Source: Octopus sinensis
Taxonomy: Eukaryota
Assembly (NCBI RefSeq): GCF_006345805.1
Contig: NC_043004.1
Coordinates: 74,524,001-74,588,000 of the forward strand
DNA: 64,000 nucleotides
Direction of reading: 5' to 3'
Shown in pieces: positions 60,619 to 64,000 of this stretch (positions within the stretch are counted from its first letter, which is position 1; every line of letters begins with the position of its first letter). The notes under the pieces were generated by a model that was not told the DNA's origin, ran no database searches, and saw nothing but the letters and a program-made list of their open reading frames with translations. A program made the translations under genes and the position numbers.

Positions 60619-63600
60619 ACTACCCCGAAAATTCCAAATCAAACACATCCCAGACGAACCTGAAAAACAACGCTCCCTAAGAGAAAAACTAACATTGGAA
60701 AAAATGAAAACCGAAGTAGAACTTCTAAAACTCAGAGCACAAAACCACGAACAAAAATACACAAAAATAGACGATGAGATACTTCTAGAACTAACCTCAC
60801 ACACCAACGAACAGCCCCTCGAACTTGTTATTAAACTATGGAAAGATGAATGTGAAAAGGAAGAACGAACCTCCCTCAAACGCTGGGAAAACAACAAAGA
60901 TTTCTTCCTCAACTATGAAACACAATTCATATTAAACCATAAATCCAAAAACCCATTCATAAAAGTACCCACAACACAGACTTCCACTGTACCCCATAAA
61001 CACCATTCCAAACCGCACCTCAAATACACATACTCTCCAAAACCCCTCCTAACAGGACACAACCTCCCCCAACCATATAAAAAACCTTTTCCCCCCCGAA
61101 ACATCTCAAACAAGACCCACCACAAAACCTGGTTTTCCAATCACTCTAACACCCCTCCCCCACCGATTAGAACCTTCAAGAACCTCCCATACACTAGAAA
61201 TTATCCCCCCCTCAAGGCTCCCCTCCCTCACACTAATAACAAACAAGGCATCCTACCCACACCGATACATATAAGACCCACCCAACGAACCCCCTATAGT
61301 CCACCCATCCAACAACCACATTCCTACCACATCTCCTACAGATCTCCAAACCCTCACATCCCACACGAACCCAATCACCACAACTACATACCCCCCTACA
61401 TCCCCCCATACAATCTACCAGTCACACACCCACAAACCCATCGCATTTCTCACAAATCCTTACACCATCGCATCCCATACCAACACAAATACGACAACTA
61501 CCTACCCCCCTCCAACCTCCCCACCCAAAAACACTCCTACACATACAACCAGAACTTTAACAAAGAATACACCCCTTACCTCAACAACCATTTTTTAGAC
61601 AGAGGGGAAAAATACAAACACCACCGCTAACACAGACCCAAAATAAGAAAACAAAAATTATAAACCTCTCCAGCAAAACACTGACACCAACCCAAATCAA
61701 CATCCTAGCAAGAGGTTTGAAATTCACACCCACCCCAAGAACACCCAACCCCCCGGAGGTCAAGGATGACGTTTCTGAATTCTGCAGAAAACTTCGCCTA
61801 ACAGAAGCTTTGACAGATATCAACAATGGGGACGATTCATTGATCAGAAATAAAAGCAACTTCCTACCACCAAAAGGGAGAAATAAAACACTGGACGTTT
61901 TCTGTAAACACATCCAGAGTCTCCCCTTTACCCCAAGCAAAACCAAGGTAAAATCCAATTTCAGTAAGGAAGAATGGGAAAACCTACGTGACATACAACT
62001 GGATAAAAACCTCACCATCAAAGAAGCGGACAAAGGGAGTGCTGTGGTCCTTATGGACACGGAATTTTATAAACACCTAGTGTTCTCCATGCTTAACAAT
62101 AACATTTTCTATGAGGTTATTAACAACTACAAACAGCAAAAAACAATCAGAAACCTCACCACACTCATACGCCAACACGGTCAGGGACTCACAGAAAAAG
62201 AAAGGGATTATATCACCATTTTCAAATGCAAGCCCAGCCTTTTTTATGGCCTTCCTAAAATCCATAAAAACAAATACATCACCGAAGCCTGCAAACTCTC
62301 CACTGACATCCACATCAACATCAAAGCACCGGAGGACCTAAAACTAAGGCCCATCGTGGCTGGTACCTCCTGTGAAACACACCGCCTGAGTAACTTCCTA
62401 GACATCCTTTTGAAACCTTTCCTTACCCACATCAAAAGTTTCATTAGGGATGATCCGGACATGCTCAAACACCTCCCGAAAACAGTTAACGAGGAGGCAC
62501 TCCTGGTATCCTTTGATGTCATCAACCTCTACACCAACATTCCACACGAGTATGGTATAGAGGCAATTGACTTCTGGCTAGAAAAACACCCAGAGACATT
62601 CCCTGACCGCATTAACAAGTCTTTTATTACAGAATCTCTTAAGTTCATTCTGACAAACAATTTTTTTCTCTTCGACGACACACACTACCGTCAAAAATGT
62701 GGCATTGCGATGGGTACCAAAGGCTGCACCAGTCCTTGCGAACCTCATAATGGGTTACTTCGAACTGTCACTCTATGAAATATCAAGCCAGAAATTTGGA
62801 CATGTTTTCCACACCTACCTAATGGAAAACTGGAAAAGGTATTTAGATGATTGTTTCATCATATGGAAAGAACCTTATGAAAAACTCCTGGAATTCAAAA
62901 CCATACTAAACAACATACATCCCAACATCCAATTCACTATGGAATTAAGCAAACATCATCTCCCATTCCTTGATCTCCTAATTATAAAAACACCTAAGAA
63001 CCAAATCATAACAGACATCTACCACAAACCTACAGACTCACAACAATACCTCCTCTTTAGTTCATGCCACCCAAAACACACCAAGACAAATATCCCTTTC
63101 AATTTAGCTAAAAGGGTATGCACCATTGTCTCGGATCCAAAAACACGAGAAATACGCCTTCAAGACCTCAAAAAAACACTATTACAACGTCAATATCCCT
63201 CCACCCTTATAGAGTATGGAATAAAACGCGCCAAAGAACTAGACAACACTACACTGAAAACCACCCAACCTAACACCACACACAACCTCAAAATACTTCC
63301 ATACATTTCCACCCACAACCCCAAAAATATCGAAGCATACACCACAATCATACAAAACCTCAGTCTACTGTCAACAGACCCAAAAATGAAAAACATTATA
63401 AATACACACAAAATCCTCAAATGCAAAAGGCAACACAAATCTTTAAAAAAACTCTTGACAAATGCCAAACTTCACACACCACATCCACCCCCAACAGTAA
63501 AAAAATGTGCACGCTCAAACTGTGGTACCTGCCCCTTTCTACTTGAAGGCTCTGAATTTACCTTCAAACAAGGTACGAAGTTTAAAATCAAGACTAACTT

Positions 63601-64000
63601 CTCCTGTTCCTCCGAGAACCTTATCTACGTTCTCACATGCGCTGGTTGCCAACATAATTATGTTGGACAAACGAGTCTCCCGTTACGTAAACGAGTAACG
63701 GTGCATAAAGAACAAATAAATCTCCCGGAATACCGACAAATTCCACTGAGTGACCACTTAGACTCATGTGCTAAAGACTTAAACCCCAAATTCTATATAT
63801 TCCCCTTCTACCAATGTAAAGACGGGATCACCACACAGGAGAGAATTAACAAGGAGAATCTCTTTATTGAAAAATTCCAAACACAACTTAATATGCAAAC
63901 TCCTCGTTGATCAAACTTCCTTTCTCTACCTCACTCTTCATGGATGGACTAACACAAATATATAAAGATACCATGCATTCATCACTTCAAGCTAAAACTT
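60619..64000 (+). mobile_element. Young PLE (Neptune-type), RT + GIY-YIG, 5'-truncated, two frameshifts; runs off the window
   Basis: ORFs 60695-61630, 61717-62778 and 62699-63910: GLKFTPTP, IKEADKGSAVV, FYGLPKIHK, LRPIV, SFDVINLYTNIP, GIAMGT (+1 A near 62718), WKRYLDDCFIIW, NLIYVLTCAGC..NYVGQT. Confidence 0.93.

Overview
AT-rich eukaryotic genomic DNA, most likely an octopus (inferred from the SINE types, dense microsatellites and a divergent GC-rich 28S fragment). Mobile elements dominate: TAA-targeted Dong/R4-clade retrotransposons (three families, in tandem chains separated by (TAA)n), two lineages of Penelope-like elements (PLEs), CR1 and RTE LINE fragments, one deleted mariner, several tRNA-derived SINE families, a ~540-bp TAA-tailed non-autonomous element and fold-back DNA. 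One host gene that the ORF track does not assemble can be built by hand on the + strand: five coding exons (23689-24016, 29043-29134, 42564-42715, 49133-49242, 54517-54572; 738 nt, 245 aa) for a predicted secreted PAN/apple-domain protein. The most unusual signals are RNA-level: PLE-type minimal hammerhead ribozyme motifs, some with a swapped 3-8 core pair (A3-U8, U3-A8); long DNA palindromes whose apex lies on hammerhead elements; and a possible tRNA-head SINE with a hammerhead tail, split by 4.5 kb of Dong insertions. All alignments and folds were done by eye; element boundaries are approximate to tens of bases unless stated otherwise.
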